Sequence record: OR545507.1
DNA: 64,000 nucleotides
Reading direction: 5' to 3' (one strand)
Position numbers and translations under genes: made by a program
In this document: positions 1 through 9,033 of the stretch, in pieces
Numbering within the stretch: position 1 is the stretch's first letter
Layout: the number at the start of each line of letters is the position of its first letter
The notes under the pieces: model-generated
What the model was told of the DNA's origin: nothing
Seen by the model: the letters and a program-made list of their open reading frames with translations, nothing else
Databases searched by the model: none

Positions 1-56
1 TATCCTCCATAGATATATTACATTCGTATAAAGTATGATATTATTTAGTACTGAAT

Positions 57-95
57 AAAATCGCCTTTTTTAAAAGCTTTAAAAAGTGCGATTTT
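57..95 (-). terminator. 39-bp near-perfect palindrome just past the stop of the 75-aa ORF; probable terminator or cruciform
   Basis: AAAATCGC (57-64) pairs with GCGATTTT (88-95); inner arms 66-74/78-86 pair around a 3-nt loop, with one mismatch and one G-T. Confidence 0.45.
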
Positions 96-99
96 CGGT

Positions 100-327
100 T
101 TACATTAACCCAGAACCGTCACCTGTTGGTGCAGCGGCATAAACAACTGCAACCACATTTTTGCGGCGTTGTTCTTCATGTGCTTTAAATTCACGGTACT
201 TTCTTAAGTTGTTTAATACTTGTAATGTTAGTTTCGGTTTTCTGGAATCAGTAATTTTATATACGTTCTGATCATCTTCAGGGTCGTACATTGAATCACT
301 GCTAGATTCAAAGATGTCCTTTAACAT
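100..327 (-). CDS. small hypothetical protein downstream of portal (possible prohead core component)
   Basis: 75-aa ORF with GGAG RBS and late promoter CATAAATA (392-399); sits where T4 has gp67/68; I-F-E near the N-terminus. Confidence 0.55.
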   Translation of the reverse strand: MLKDIFESSSDSMYDPEDDQNVYKITDSRKPKLTLQVLNNLRKYREFKAHEEQRRKNVVAVVYAAAPTGDGSGLM

Positions 328-391
328 TTGATCTCCTTGAAATATGCATTATAAATGAGGGTAAAAATAAACCCTCATTCTTATACATTGT

Positions 392-399
392 TATTTATG
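392..399 (-). promoter_or_regulatory. T4-type late promoter (CATAAATA)
   Basis: 7/8 match to TATAAATA at the portal stop, upstream of the 75-aa ORF. Confidence 0.55.
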
Positions 400-400
400 T

Positions 401-2140
401 TTAAAAAGAATTGCCTAAATTATTAGGGTCGAAACCACCACTTCCACTCTGTTGCTCTTGGTATTCGGCATCAGCACTTTCCAAATTACCTTCTCCATCA
501 ATACCAAGATCCATTCCAGGATCATTTGGAGCATCAATACCAACAGACTGCAATCCTGCGGAATCTTCTTCACCACCAGAAGGTTGGGAACCATCTTGTG
601 GATTCTCTTGTAACCACATTTGTTCATTCTTAACAATATCAGCTTTAGAAAAGCCCATTTTTTCAAGAATTGTTTGTTTTGCCATATAAGGCAAGTCATT
701 AAGAGGAAGATATGTATTAATTAGTTTAGCATCTAGTTCAGCTTTACGATAAGAAGCTAAGTTAATAGGTGGATTCATAATAACTTCAAAAGATGAAGTA
801 CTAATGTTATATCCATTTTTAACCATAAATCTTTTGAATTCAGCATCAAAATGTTTTGCAACTAAACGTTGATAACGCATACATTGATTATTGAATCGCA
901 ATTCACTTGCCATAGCTTGTGTAGCACCATCACCAAATAATGAAACACCACCATCATCTGGACCTTGTGGTAGATATGAAGCTGGTATTTGAAGACCACG
1001 AATCAATTTATTATTGAAATAACGTAAGTCATCAATTTGTCCTAAGTTATCACCGCCTGGTAATGTTTGAACATCTGAACCACGACCTTCAGAAGTTTGT
1101 GGGAAAAAGTAGTCTTCTAAAATGCTTAATGGATTATACGCTGCATCCATTAGTGAAGTACTTCCACCTTTGTTTGAAGGTATTCTACGCTGGTGGATTT
1201 CATTTTTAAATCTTTCAACATAAGCCATCGCTTGGTGTGCTTGCATATCACCAACATCAATTTTAAATACACGACGCTCAGGTGCACGTTGTACACGATA
1301 AATTATGATACTATCTTCCAGAAGTTCTTTTTGCTTATAGACTTTAAATACGTCCTCAAGTATACTAGTACCAAAAGGCCATACCCCATCTTGTCCTGTA
1401 TTTAGTGTTAGATGAATTACGTGTTCTGCACCAACAGGAATAACGTCTAATTGACCGTTAGTACTGAATGGGTCAGCCGTATTTCCTTGACTTGTAAAAC
1501 CAGATGCACCACCAGCAGCTACTGAACCACCACCACCCATTGTTGTTGGAATAGCTCCTGGATAAGCGGTTTTATCAAATCCTACTTGAAGGTTACTAAA
1601 AACTTTATCTTTCAAATTTAATGATACGTCACGTATATAATAAATTACTGGTGTTTTACCAGTGGCTTCGTTAACAAATACTTGCTCAACATTTTTGGGA
1701 CTTACCCAATACCAATCGAATGTTTCTGGATCTCGAATGAAAAATTGATCACCATATTTCAGAAGACCACGCACAATTTCATACATTCGTGTTTTAAAAT
1801 CATTTTGTTCAGTCCATGCATCTAAACGATCTTCAATAGTCGTTACTTCAGTATCACCAATATCATCTTTATATTTGATTTTATATGGTAAACCAAAATC
1901 TTCAGTACTTTGAGTACAAAAGTCAGCAATTATATTCAATGCAGTTCTAATTTCAGGATCTTGGTCCATTTGCTCATACTGACTATAACGCTCAGTACGA
2001 TTTGCCAATCCATTATATACAACAGGAAGATAGGAAGCGAAATTTGTTTTCGTTCCTGTTGATTTATTGCTATTACTGGACTGATTTGGGATGGTCGATA
2101 GTTTAGACCTTCCCACTGTCATATGTCGTTTCCAACTCAT
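401..2140 (-). CDS. gp20: portal protein (T4 gp20 family)
   Basis: Hallmark LEDSIIIYRVQRAPERRVFKIDVG, LEDYFFP..SEGRGSDVQTLPGG and FNNKLIRGLQIP motifs; acidic C-terminal tail. Confidence 0.95.
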   Translation of the reverse strand: MSWKRHMTVGRSKLSTIPNQSSNSNKSTGTKTNFASYLPVVYNGLANRTERYSQYEQMDQDPEIRTALNIIADFCTQSTEDFGLPYKIKYKDDIGDTEVTTIEDRLDAWTEQNDFKTRMYEIVRGLLKYGDQFFIRDPETFDWYWVSPKNVEQVFVNEATGKTPVIYYIRDVSLNLKDKVFSNLQVGFDKTAYPGAIPTTMGGGGSVAAGGASGFTSQGNTADPFSTNGQLDVIPVGAEHVIHLTLNTGQDGVWPFGTSILEDVFKVYKQKELLEDSIIIYRVQRAPERRVFKIDVGDMQAHQAMAYVERFKNEIHQRRIPSNKGGSTSLMDAAYNPLSILEDYFFPQTSEGRGSDVQTLPGGDNLGQIDDLRYFNNKLIRGLQIPASYLPQGPDDGGVSLFGDGATQAMASELRFNNQCMRYQRLVAKHFDAEFKRFMVKNGYNISTSSFEVIMNPPINLASYRKAELDAKLINTYLPLNDLPYMAKQTILEKMGFSKADIVKNEQMWLQENPQDGSQPSGGEEDSAGLQSVGIDAPNDPGMDLGIDGEGNLESADAEYQEQQSGSGGFDPNNLGNSF

Positions 2141-2151
2141 TATTTTCGTCC

Positions 2152-4356
2152 TTAACTGTTTCTCTCACCTTGAGTGTTTTCAGAGATAGTTCTTAGATAG
2201 TTATTTGTCTGTTGCACAGCAGATAGAGATTGCTCATTAACATCAGCAAGTTTTTTAAGTAACTCTTTCATGTCTTCTGATATTGTGGCATTATTATTAG
2301 CATTTGCCATACTACTACCACTATTTATCATCGCTTTCATGGACTCATAATCGTCCGGTTCAGCTTGAATTGGTAGATCATTTGGTCCCCATGCTGATTT
2401 GTCAAATGTTTTTGGAGTTATCGTTACATATGGTGCAACATGTTCAGATTTTTCAATTCTCGCAGTAGCTCTTGGCTTATTTTCAAGACCACTACTAATA
2501 AGTTTTTCAGCAACTGATTCATCAAGGGGTTTTGGTTGTTTAAAGTTTCTACTTGAATTCCATTTTAAAAAACCATCAAATGAACTAGAAATATAATCAC
2601 CAAATGAATTCATTTTTTCTTCAAAATAATTATTAACTTTTTCTGCACCATCGGTAACAGAATTGTTTTCTACTTTTACTTTGTCGTCTGAACCACCAAA
2701 CCAACCTTTAACAGAATCCCAAAGTTTACCAGGAAGATCCATTAGGTTATTCATAAAGCTATCAAATGCTTCTGAAACTTTATTATATCCACTACCAAAA
2801 ATTTCAGTACCTAACCCTTCTAACCACTGCTCAAACTCACCACCAATCCTATCCAAATACGCAACTGCATCTTTCGCAATAGGAACCAAACCAAAACCAT
2901 CAAGTGCTAACTCTCCGATAAATTCCCATGCACCATCAGTACGGTCTGCAATATCAGTAAGGTAATCCGCAATAGAATTTTGTGTATCTGCATACATTTT
3001 ATTAAATGGTTCAGTAAATTCTTTACTAATCCATCTATTGAATCTATCCGTGAATTGTGTTAGTTTATCTGCTGGTTGACTCTTAGGATCATTAATCGCA
3101 GCTTCCATATCAAGTAGCTGTTGGTTGAAGGTTGCTGCTGTAGTGTTTCCTAATTGTATCTGATTTAATAAATCTTGCTTTATTAGTTCTTTGTTCTTTT
3201 TAACAAATTCCAATTGTTGACGGCGAATTTCTTGTGAATCAGTAACACCACTACGTACCAAGTTCTCACCTAAATCAGCAAATTGGTTCAGTACTGGAGT
3301 CAATAAATCATCTGGTACTCCACCAATAGTTAAACGATGTGAAATTAAACGTAGAAAATCTGCACCAGCATCACCCATACTGGCAGCCGCTTCGTTAAAT
3401 GCTTTTGATGTTGCAACTGCTGCTTTACTAGATAATCCAGAATAGTTTTGTAATGCGATTTGCATTGAACGTGTGTCTAATGATTTATCTAAGTTTTGTG
3501 TTTTATTTAATAGTGCATCAACTGACTCACCCATGCTTTTACTGAACTTAGTCATGCTCATGATAAACTGTTCAGTACTTTTTGCTTGATCCATACTACG
3601 TAACATTTCTCTTCCACCAAATTGCTTTTGGAATTTAATATTACGTGCAGTTAAATCAGTTAATGTTTTTTGTGAAACACCATATAAACCTAATTGATTT
3701 TGTGCTTGTTGCACAGTACCCAATAATTTACCAAATGTAGAAACACCATCACCATATGCACCATCTAATTGTGCAACAACGGCACTATGAGTTTGTAATG
3801 CTTCACCAAATGCATCAATACTCATCATTGATGCACCAGCACCTTTTAATATGGAGCCGTAACCTTCAGATAGAGCGACACCAGCACTGTTTATTCTATT
3901 ATAAACTTCAAGCTGTGCATTTAACACATTATAAACTGCTAAACCAGCGTCAGCAACCAATTTGAAGGCAGATGCTGCTGCACCAACTGGACCTGGGATC
4001 ATTGCTAATGAACCAGCAAATGAAGATGCACTCATTCCTAGTGAGTTTACAACATTGCTAACGTTTGCAGACGTACTCATCATAGTTTTGCCGACATTCG
4101 ATACTTCAGATGATAATGATTTAAATATTTTTCCAAATTCTTTACCATCATCAGCTTTGTTATTTGTTCGAGAGCCACGGTTTCCAGTACTTGATGAATT
4201 ACTTCCATTACGTTTTCCACTTTTAGAACCGGATTTCTTTCTATCATTTTTTATATTTTCAGCCAATAACTCACGTATAGCACTCAAACTATCGTTGTTA
4301 TCTTTAGTTTGATTAACCAACTGCTGGAGTAGGTAATCACTTGTATTTCCAGCCAT
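2152..4356 (-). CDS. probable tail tape-measure / baseplate hub protein (gp29-like)
   Basis: 734 aa, Ala/Ser/Gly-rich helical character with spaced aromatics (FGEK, WLEG, LWDSVKGWF); divergent from gp26/gp51-like genes; own late promoter. Confidence 0.55.
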   Translation of the reverse strand: MAGNTSDYLLQQLVNQTKDNNDSLSAIRELLAENIKNDRKKSGSKSGKRNGSNSSSTGNRGSRTNNKADDGKEFGKIFKSLSSEVSNVGKTMMSTSANVSNVVNSLGMSASSFAGSLAMIPGPVGAAASAFKLVADAGLAVYNVLNAQLEVYNRINSAGVALSEGYGSILKGAGASMMSIDAFGEALQTHSAVVAQLDGAYGDGVSTFGKLLGTVQQAQNQLGLYGVSQKTLTDLTARNIKFQKQFGGREMLRSMDQAKSTEQFIMSMTKFSKSMGESVDALLNKTQNLDKSLDTRSMQIALQNYSGLSSKAAVATSKAFNEAAASMGDAGADFLRLISHRLTIGGVPDDLLTPVLNQFADLGENLVRSGVTDSQEIRRQQLEFVKKNKELIKQDLLNQIQLGNTTAATFNQQLLDMEAAINDPKSQPADKLTQFTDRFNRWISKEFTEPFNKMYADTQNSIADYLTDIADRTDGAWEFIGELALDGFGLVPIAKDAVAYLDRIGGEFEQWLEGLGTEIFGSGYNKVSEAFDSFMNNLMDLPGKLWDSVKGWFGGSDDKVKVENNSVTDGAEKVNNYFEEKMNSFGDYISSSFDGFLKWNSSRNFKQPKPLDESVAEKLISSGLENKPRATARIEKSEHVAPYVTITPKTFDKSAWGPNDLPIQAEPDDYESMKAMINSGSSMANANNNATISEDMKELLKKLADVNEQSLSAVQQTNNYLRTISENTQGERNS

Positions 4357-4388
4357 AACATTCCCTTTTAATAGATGTATTATAGAAA

Positions 4389-4396
4389 TATTTATG
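4389..4396 (-). promoter_or_regulatory. late promoter (CATAAATA) for the tape-measure/portal operon
   Basis: Minus-strand 7/8 match about 33 nt upstream of ATG 4356. Confidence 0.6.
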
Positions 4397-4444
4397 AAAC
4401 TATAGAGAATATAAAAATTAGTTTAATTTAATCTTTTTTGGTCT

Positions 4445-4452
4445 TATAAATA
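4445..4452 (+). promoter_or_regulatory. late promoter TATAAATA
   Basis: Perfect T4 late consensus 35 nt upstream of ATG 4487, GGAG RBS between. Confidence 0.8.
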
Positions 4453-4486
4453 CTAAAACACATTTATTACATGGAGATTTAATAAA

Positions 4487-5323
4487 ATGGCTATGAATCC
4501 ACTTGCTAAGTACACTAAAATTGAAGAGATCAGTACTAAGTTAGTTACAAACGGCGTTATTCCTTATAAAGAAGGAGTTCTAGGTCCAAAAGGTGTCAAA
4601 TGTGGAGTTTGTGCACGTAGTGCACGTGATGAAATGACACTTAATACCCCCGATATGTTACTAAACGGAGATGCAGTATCCCGTGTTATTGAAAACTGTG
4701 TTCCTAATGTAATTGACGCTGATGAGTTGTATGTAAATGACGTTGAAATGCTTCTTATTGCTATTAAAGTTGCTTCCAAAGAAGAAACATATGATATTAA
4801 CGTTGTATGTCCTGAATGTGAAAAAGAAGGTCGATTTGAGCGTAATCTATCATATCTTCTTGAAACTGCACAAGCATTTGAAGAAATCCCATCAATTGAT
4901 TTAGATAATGGACTCCGTTTAGAATTTAGACCACTGACATGGAAAGAATATTCATCGTTTGCTGAACGCATGTTCAGTGAGCAGCAGAAGACTAAGTTTC
5001 TTGAAACTGCTGATATTGATAAAGATGAAAAAGTAAAAATATTTTCTGAAGTATTTGAAAACATGGCTCAACTTAACTTCGACATGATCGGTGGAGTTAT
5101 TGCAAAAATTATAACACCAGATGGTGATGAAGTAGTTGAAAAAGAATTTATTAATGAATGGCTTGGACAACAATCGAAGGGAGTACTTAAACTAATTCGT
5201 GAAAAAATGGATGAAGTACTTGAAATTGGAGTATCACATAGTATGGAAGTAGAATGTGATGGATGTAATCATCAATGGGAAATTGATGGACTAAAATATG
5301 ATCCTAGTCATTTTTTCGAGTAA
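4487..5323 (+). CDS. gp26: baseplate hub assembly protein (gp26-like)
   Basis: MNPL start, DVEMLLIAIKVAS followed by CPEC, C-terminal CDGC; two CxxC pairs as in the T4 gp26 family. Confidence 0.75.
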   Translation: MAMNPLAKYTKIEEISTKLVTNGVIPYKEGVLGPKGVKCGVCARSARDEMTLNTPDMLLNGDAVSRVIENCVPNVIDADELYVNDVEMLLIAIKVASKEETYDINVVCPECEKEGRFERNLSYLLETAQAFEEIPSIDLDNGLRLEFRPLTWKEYSSFAERMFSEQQKTKFLETADIDKDEKVKIFSEVFENMAQLNFDMIGGVIAKIITPDGDEVVEKEFINEWLGQQSKGVLKLIREKMDEVLEIGVSHSMEVECDGCNHQWEIDGLKYDPSHFFE

Positions 5324-5532
5324 TGCTTCTCCAGTCATCTCCTGAAGAAATACAAGAAGTACTGAAGGAGATAGAACTGAATAAGTCAGAAATCAAAAAT
5401 GCACTAATGGAATGTTCTGTATATATGGATAACATTGACTATGGAACACTCCTTAATATGCCATTAATAGATAGAGACTTATTAGTTAAGTCTTTTAATA
5501 AAAAAATTAAAAAACAAAACGAGAAGCACTAA
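5323..5532 (+). CDS. baseplate hub assembly catalyst (gp51-like)
   Basis: 69 aa overlapping the gp26 stop; YGTLLNMPLIDRDLLV resembles the gp51 'MxxxER' motif. Confidence 0.55.
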   Translation: MLLQSSPEEIQEVLKEIELNKSEIKNALMECSVYMDNIDYGTLLNMPLIDRDLLVKSFNKKIKKQNEKH

Positions 5533-5541
5533 TTTTCATAT

Positions 5542-5568
5542 AGCCAGCACATTGTTGCTGGTTTTTTT
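5542..5568 (+). terminator. intrinsic terminator of gp26-gp51
   Basis: CCAGCA/TGCTGG stem followed by T7. Confidence 0.8.
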
Positions 5569-5786
5569 GGTTTTAAACTACAGAATTATTTGAATTGAAT
5601 TATGAAAGGATTAATTTTAATATTATTGGATTCATCTAACTCATTTCATTCGTTAGCTGAAGAATATTCGTTACTACGTAACTCATATTCATTTAATTAA
5701 ATTAATTATAAAGAACTTTAAAAGATTTAATACTTGACGGGATTTGTTGAGGACATTTTCATCCCCCCGCAGGGGAATGAAGACAA

Positions 5787-5810
5787 TAAAAAAGAGACAA
5801 TGAAGTCTCT
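5787..5810 (-). terminator. intrinsic terminator closing the candidate ncRNA
   Basis: Minus strand AGAGAC-ttcatt-GTCTCT followed by T-tract. Confidence 0.65.
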
Positions 5811-6241
5811 ATTTCTTGACGCTGATGGTTTCAGCATTTATTGTATTGCGAATTTCTTAAAAATATATTAAGAACGAAAGCGGGTTGCTCTGTTTCTCTC
5901 TATCGCAGTCATGTGCAACGGTCGTCAGTCTTAATCATCCTGACACTCACCTGAAAGTCTATACAATCAAACTTCAGGCTGTTTATTAAAATCACTTAAT
6001 AAACTCCCTTAGCAAATCTGGTAAGGTGCGATCCTTATATGTCTATCGAGGAACTCTCTGTATGCTTATCGGAGTTCTTTATTGAGCCGCATTGCCGTGA
6101 GGGGTTCAAACTATGCCCACATCTAACGGGTTTCTTTTGCTCATCGCACTGTTGAACTGCTCATCTGCCATCTACATTTTCGATAGGATCAGGTTCTAAT
6201 TTATATGCATTTCTGCATTCAACAGGATTGTCATTACTACA
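5787..6241 (-). ncRNA. candidate large structured non-coding RNA (~455 nt), family unassigned
   Basis: No ORF of 60 aa or more; promoter 6248-6275 upstream and terminator 5787-5810 downstream; about ten stems, one nested long-range pairing, and GAAA tetraloop on the minus strand; core lines ~50% GC versus ~20% in the flank. Confidence 0.6.
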
Positions 6242-6247
6242 ACAAAC

Positions 6248-6275
6248 ATTATAGCACAAACTTTAAAGTTGTCTC
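6248..6275 (-). promoter_or_regulatory. early-type sigma70 promoter driving the candidate ncRNA
   Basis: GAGACA-16 bp-TATAAT with extended -10 (TGcTATAAT); same register as five other promoters in the window. Confidence 0.7.
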
Positions 6276-6329
6276 ACTATTTTTATAAAAATATTCATTA
6301 AGTACTTAAAATATTGCAAATAACTAATC

Positions 6330-6337
6330 TATAAATA
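6330..6337 (+). promoter_or_regulatory. late promoter TATAAATA
   Basis: Perfect consensus 31 nt upstream of endonuclease VII ATG with GAGG RBS. Confidence 0.8.
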
Positions 6338-6367
6338 TTTTGATAACAAATAGTTTGGTGAGGAATT

Positions 6368-6859
6368 ATGAAAAAAAGATTAAAAGATAGTAAGGATGCT
6401 GCAAACTATCGAAACGAATTACTAAAGAAACAAAATGGAATAGATCCTATAATTAAAGAACCAATAACTAAACCAGTACTGGATCACTACCACTATGGTA
6501 ACCAACATTGTAGACAAGTTCTTCAAAATGAAGTCAATGCTTGGGAAGGAAAGGTACAAAACAGCTTCAATCGATATATGAAGCACTTAACTGATAAACC
6601 ATTATATGAGGTACTCAGAAATCTTGCTGATTACTTAGAGCGTAATAACAGCATTCCTGACGATGAACAAGTTATACATCACACTGCACTAACTGTGGAT
6701 GTTAATAAGTTTAAAAGGCTTCCAGCAACACAGCAAAACGCGATTCTGGAAGGGTTAGGAGTTGTCCCTGGTAGTAACACTACTGCTCGTGTAAAGCAAG
6801 CCAGAAAGCTGATTAAGGACGGTAAATTAAATATGGTTGATATAAAAAAAGGGAGCTAA
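6368..6859 (+). CDS. gp49: recombination/packaging endonuclease VII (Holliday junction resolvase), zinc-cysteine-less variant
   Basis: Colinear with T4 gp49: QNG..., LDHYH (D40/H41), N-A-W-E-G (N62/E65), LRNLADYL, IHH, KFKRL; 163 vs 157 aa. Confidence 0.8.
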   Translation: MKKRLKDSKDAANYRNELLKKQNGIDPIIKEPITKPVLDHYHYGNQHCRQVLQNEVNAWEGKVQNSFNRYMKHLTDKPLYEVLRNLADYLERNNSIPDDEQVIHHTALTVDVNKFKRLPATQQNAILEGLGVVPGSNTTARVKQARKLIKDGKLNMVDIKKGS

Positions 6860-6869
6860 GGCTCCCTTT
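6848..6869. terminator. bidirectional terminator between convergent gp49 and gp46
   Basis: AAAGGGAGC-taag-GCTCCCTTT with A-tract before and T-tract after. Confidence 0.85.
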
Positions 6870-6877
6870 ATCTTTAA

Positions 6878-9025
6878 TTAGAAAACATCGTCAAGGGTTG
6901 CATATTCAACAGTACTGAAACCGTCCTCTTTAACAACTTTGAGGATTTTTTCAGTCTTAGATAGTAACTCTTCTCTGTGGGAAATAGCATAAACGTTCTT
7001 ACCACGTACAGCAGCCATATCTTGGAAGATAGACCACACACGTAGAACACCACTTGAGTCAAGACCTTGGTCAATCATCTCATCAATGATAAGAATATTA
7101 ATACTTTGGTATAATGACTCATATGTATCACGGAAAGCACAAGATAATGCGATGTTTACCCTTGTACGCTCACCTCTACTAAGCTGTTTATAGTCAAAGT
7201 ACTGTCCACTCTTCTCAATTTCAACACTCAAATCATTCAAAAACACAACATTATGCTCAGAACCGCACATATCGATATAGTACTGAAGTCGTGTATTCAA
7301 ATATGATATATTTTGCTCAATAATACGTTTACGGACATAAGAATCCTTGTTTAAAAGTAATTTAACCAAGAAATCTTGGTGATTTGACATTTTATCAAGA
7401 TTATTATAGTCGCTATAATCAATTGGTACTAAAGAATCAGTCTTCAGGGTATTAATTTGGCTAATAAATGTGTTAGTAGTCTTCAATTCACGATCTAATT
7501 GCTGTGATAATGAATTTACAGTCATTTCTAACTCTTTAACTTCATATTTGTTTAATGTATCTGGAACTTCCATTAGTTCATATGAGTTAAGTTCATCATA
7601 TGATGACATAAGTTCATTTGCATAGATGTTTATTTGTTCTTCTTCACTCTTTCTGACCAATTCTTGAAGCTTATGTTCATGCATTTGTGCTTCTGAAAGT
7701 GTATTATAATATGTCACAGGCTTAGGTGGCATATCAAAAATCTCAATACTATCAATTTCTTGAAGTAATGTTTCAATTTCAGAAGAAGAACTATCAATTT
7801 TAGCTTGAAGATCATTAATAGTACTTTGGATTTTGTCTTTAATTGAAGAAGTATGTTCGTTATGTTCCAATTCAGACATACAAAGTGGACATTTGCTGTT
7901 TTCAACTGTTGATAATTTGTCAATTTCAGCATTAATTGAACATTCATATCCTTTTAAAGCTATTTTTAGTGAGTTTAGTTTTTGTTCTTTGAAACGTTTT
8001 TGGTTATTATTCTCTTTTAGAATACCCTCTAACTGTTTCCATATCTCCAACTCATTATGATTTTCCAATTCTGCACTAATATCAATAGTTTTTAGCTTAT
8101 CAATGCTTAGATTTAATGCTCTTTTAGATCTTTCAAGTTCACGGTCATATGCATCAAATTTTAAAGCCAACTCTTGTACACGGCGTTCGATTTCACCACG
8201 CTTTGCGTTATGAATAAGAGCTTTCTCTTTTATGTCCGCAGCTTCATAGAGGTCATTAAAGTCTAAAGTTTTATATATATTCAACTCTTCATTTAACTTA
8301 TATACTCTATTATTTTTATCAATTTCAAACTGGTTTGCCTGTTCTTGTAGTGCCTCAATACTTTTTTGAATACGTTCATTACTTGCAGCTACAGTTTCAT
8401 TTTTGAACTTTTCTTGTTCGGCTAAACGTTTAGTATCCTTATACATCTCCTTTAGCATTTCAGCTTTTTCCGTCAACTGTGTTATTCCAAGAAGTTCTTC
8501 TATCATATCACGTTGTTTTTGTGTGGATAAAGCTAAGAAAGGTTCAACGTTAGCATTCAGTACTACAATATGTTCAAATAATAATTGAGATATACCAAGA
8601 ATTTCATTCAAATCTTCTTGTGTGTCTTTCTTTTCTCCCCTTGATTCATCTTCAATTTTATTATCTTTCCCTAAAGTAACAAAATTGAAATACGTGGGAC
8701 TTCTCCCACGTTCAACCAGATATTGTACACCATCTTTTTCAAACTCTACAACTACTTCACAATTTTTTCCATTAGTTTTATTGACTAGGTTAGGAATTTT
8801 AATATCGTTACCAATACTTTTACCAAATAATCCAAAAACTAATCCTTGAATAATAGCACTTTTCCCTACACCATTTCGACGTCCGGTACTGTCACCACCT
8901 TCAATAACTGCATCATTATTTTGACCCAGTACTAATGAAATGTCGGAACCATTCAAGTCAATTGATTGTGGTGCATTACCAAATGAAAAGAAGTTCCTCA
9001 TAGATATACGTGTAATGTTTAGCAT
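6878..9025 (-). CDS. gp46: recombination exonuclease ATPase subunit (Rad50/SbcC-like)
   Basis: Walker A NGVGKS, CPLC zinc hook, long coiled coils, signature LSRGE, Walker B LIIDE, H-switch SHR. Confidence 0.92.
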   Translation of the reverse strand: MLNITRISMRNFFSFGNAPQSIDLNGSDISLVLGQNNDAVIEGGDSTGRRNGVGKSAIIQGLVFGLFGKSIGNDIKIPNLVNKTNGKNCEVVVEFEKDGVQYLVERGRSPTYFNFVTLGKDNKIEDESRGEKKDTQEDLNEILGISQLLFEHIVVLNANVEPFLALSTQKQRDMIEELLGITQLTEKAEMLKEMYKDTKRLAEQEKFKNETVAASNERIQKSIEALQEQANQFEIDKNNRVYKLNEELNIYKTLDFNDLYEAADIKEKALIHNAKRGEIERRVQELALKFDAYDRELERSKRALNLSIDKLKTIDISAELENHNELEIWKQLEGILKENNNQKRFKEQKLNSLKIALKGYECSINAEIDKLSTVENSKCPLCMSELEHNEHTSSIKDKIQSTINDLQAKIDSSSSEIETLLQEIDSIEIFDMPPKPVTYYNTLSEAQMHEHKLQELVRKSEEEQINIYANELMSSYDELNSYELMEVPDTLNKYEVKELEMTVNSLSQQLDRELKTTNTFISQINTLKTDSLVPIDYSDYNNLDKMSNHQDFLVKLLLNKDSYVRKRIIEQNISYLNTRLQYYIDMCGSEHNVVFLNDLSVEIEKSGQYFDYKQLSRGERTRVNIALSCAFRDTYESLYQSINILIIDEMIDQGLDSSGVLRVWSIFQDMAAVRGKNVYAISHREELLSKTEKILKVVKEDGFSTVEYATLDDVF

Positions 9026-9033
9026 ATAGTCCC

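Noticed and set aside
5787-6241. tmRNA (GGGGTTCAAA at 6101), RNase P (GAAAGCGGG at 5876) or group I intron (GTTCAAC) identity for the candidate ncRNA
   Set aside because: No acceptor stem or CCA end, no P4 pseudoknot partner, no P7 R/S pair and no interrupted host gene; matches are only 6-9 nt
5787-6859. OMEGA/HEARO-like RNA-guided nuclease made of the ncRNA plus the His-Me nuclease
   Set aside because: The protein is colinear with full-length gp49, lacks RuvC and a bridge helix, and is divergent under a late promoter; adjacency alone is weak evidence
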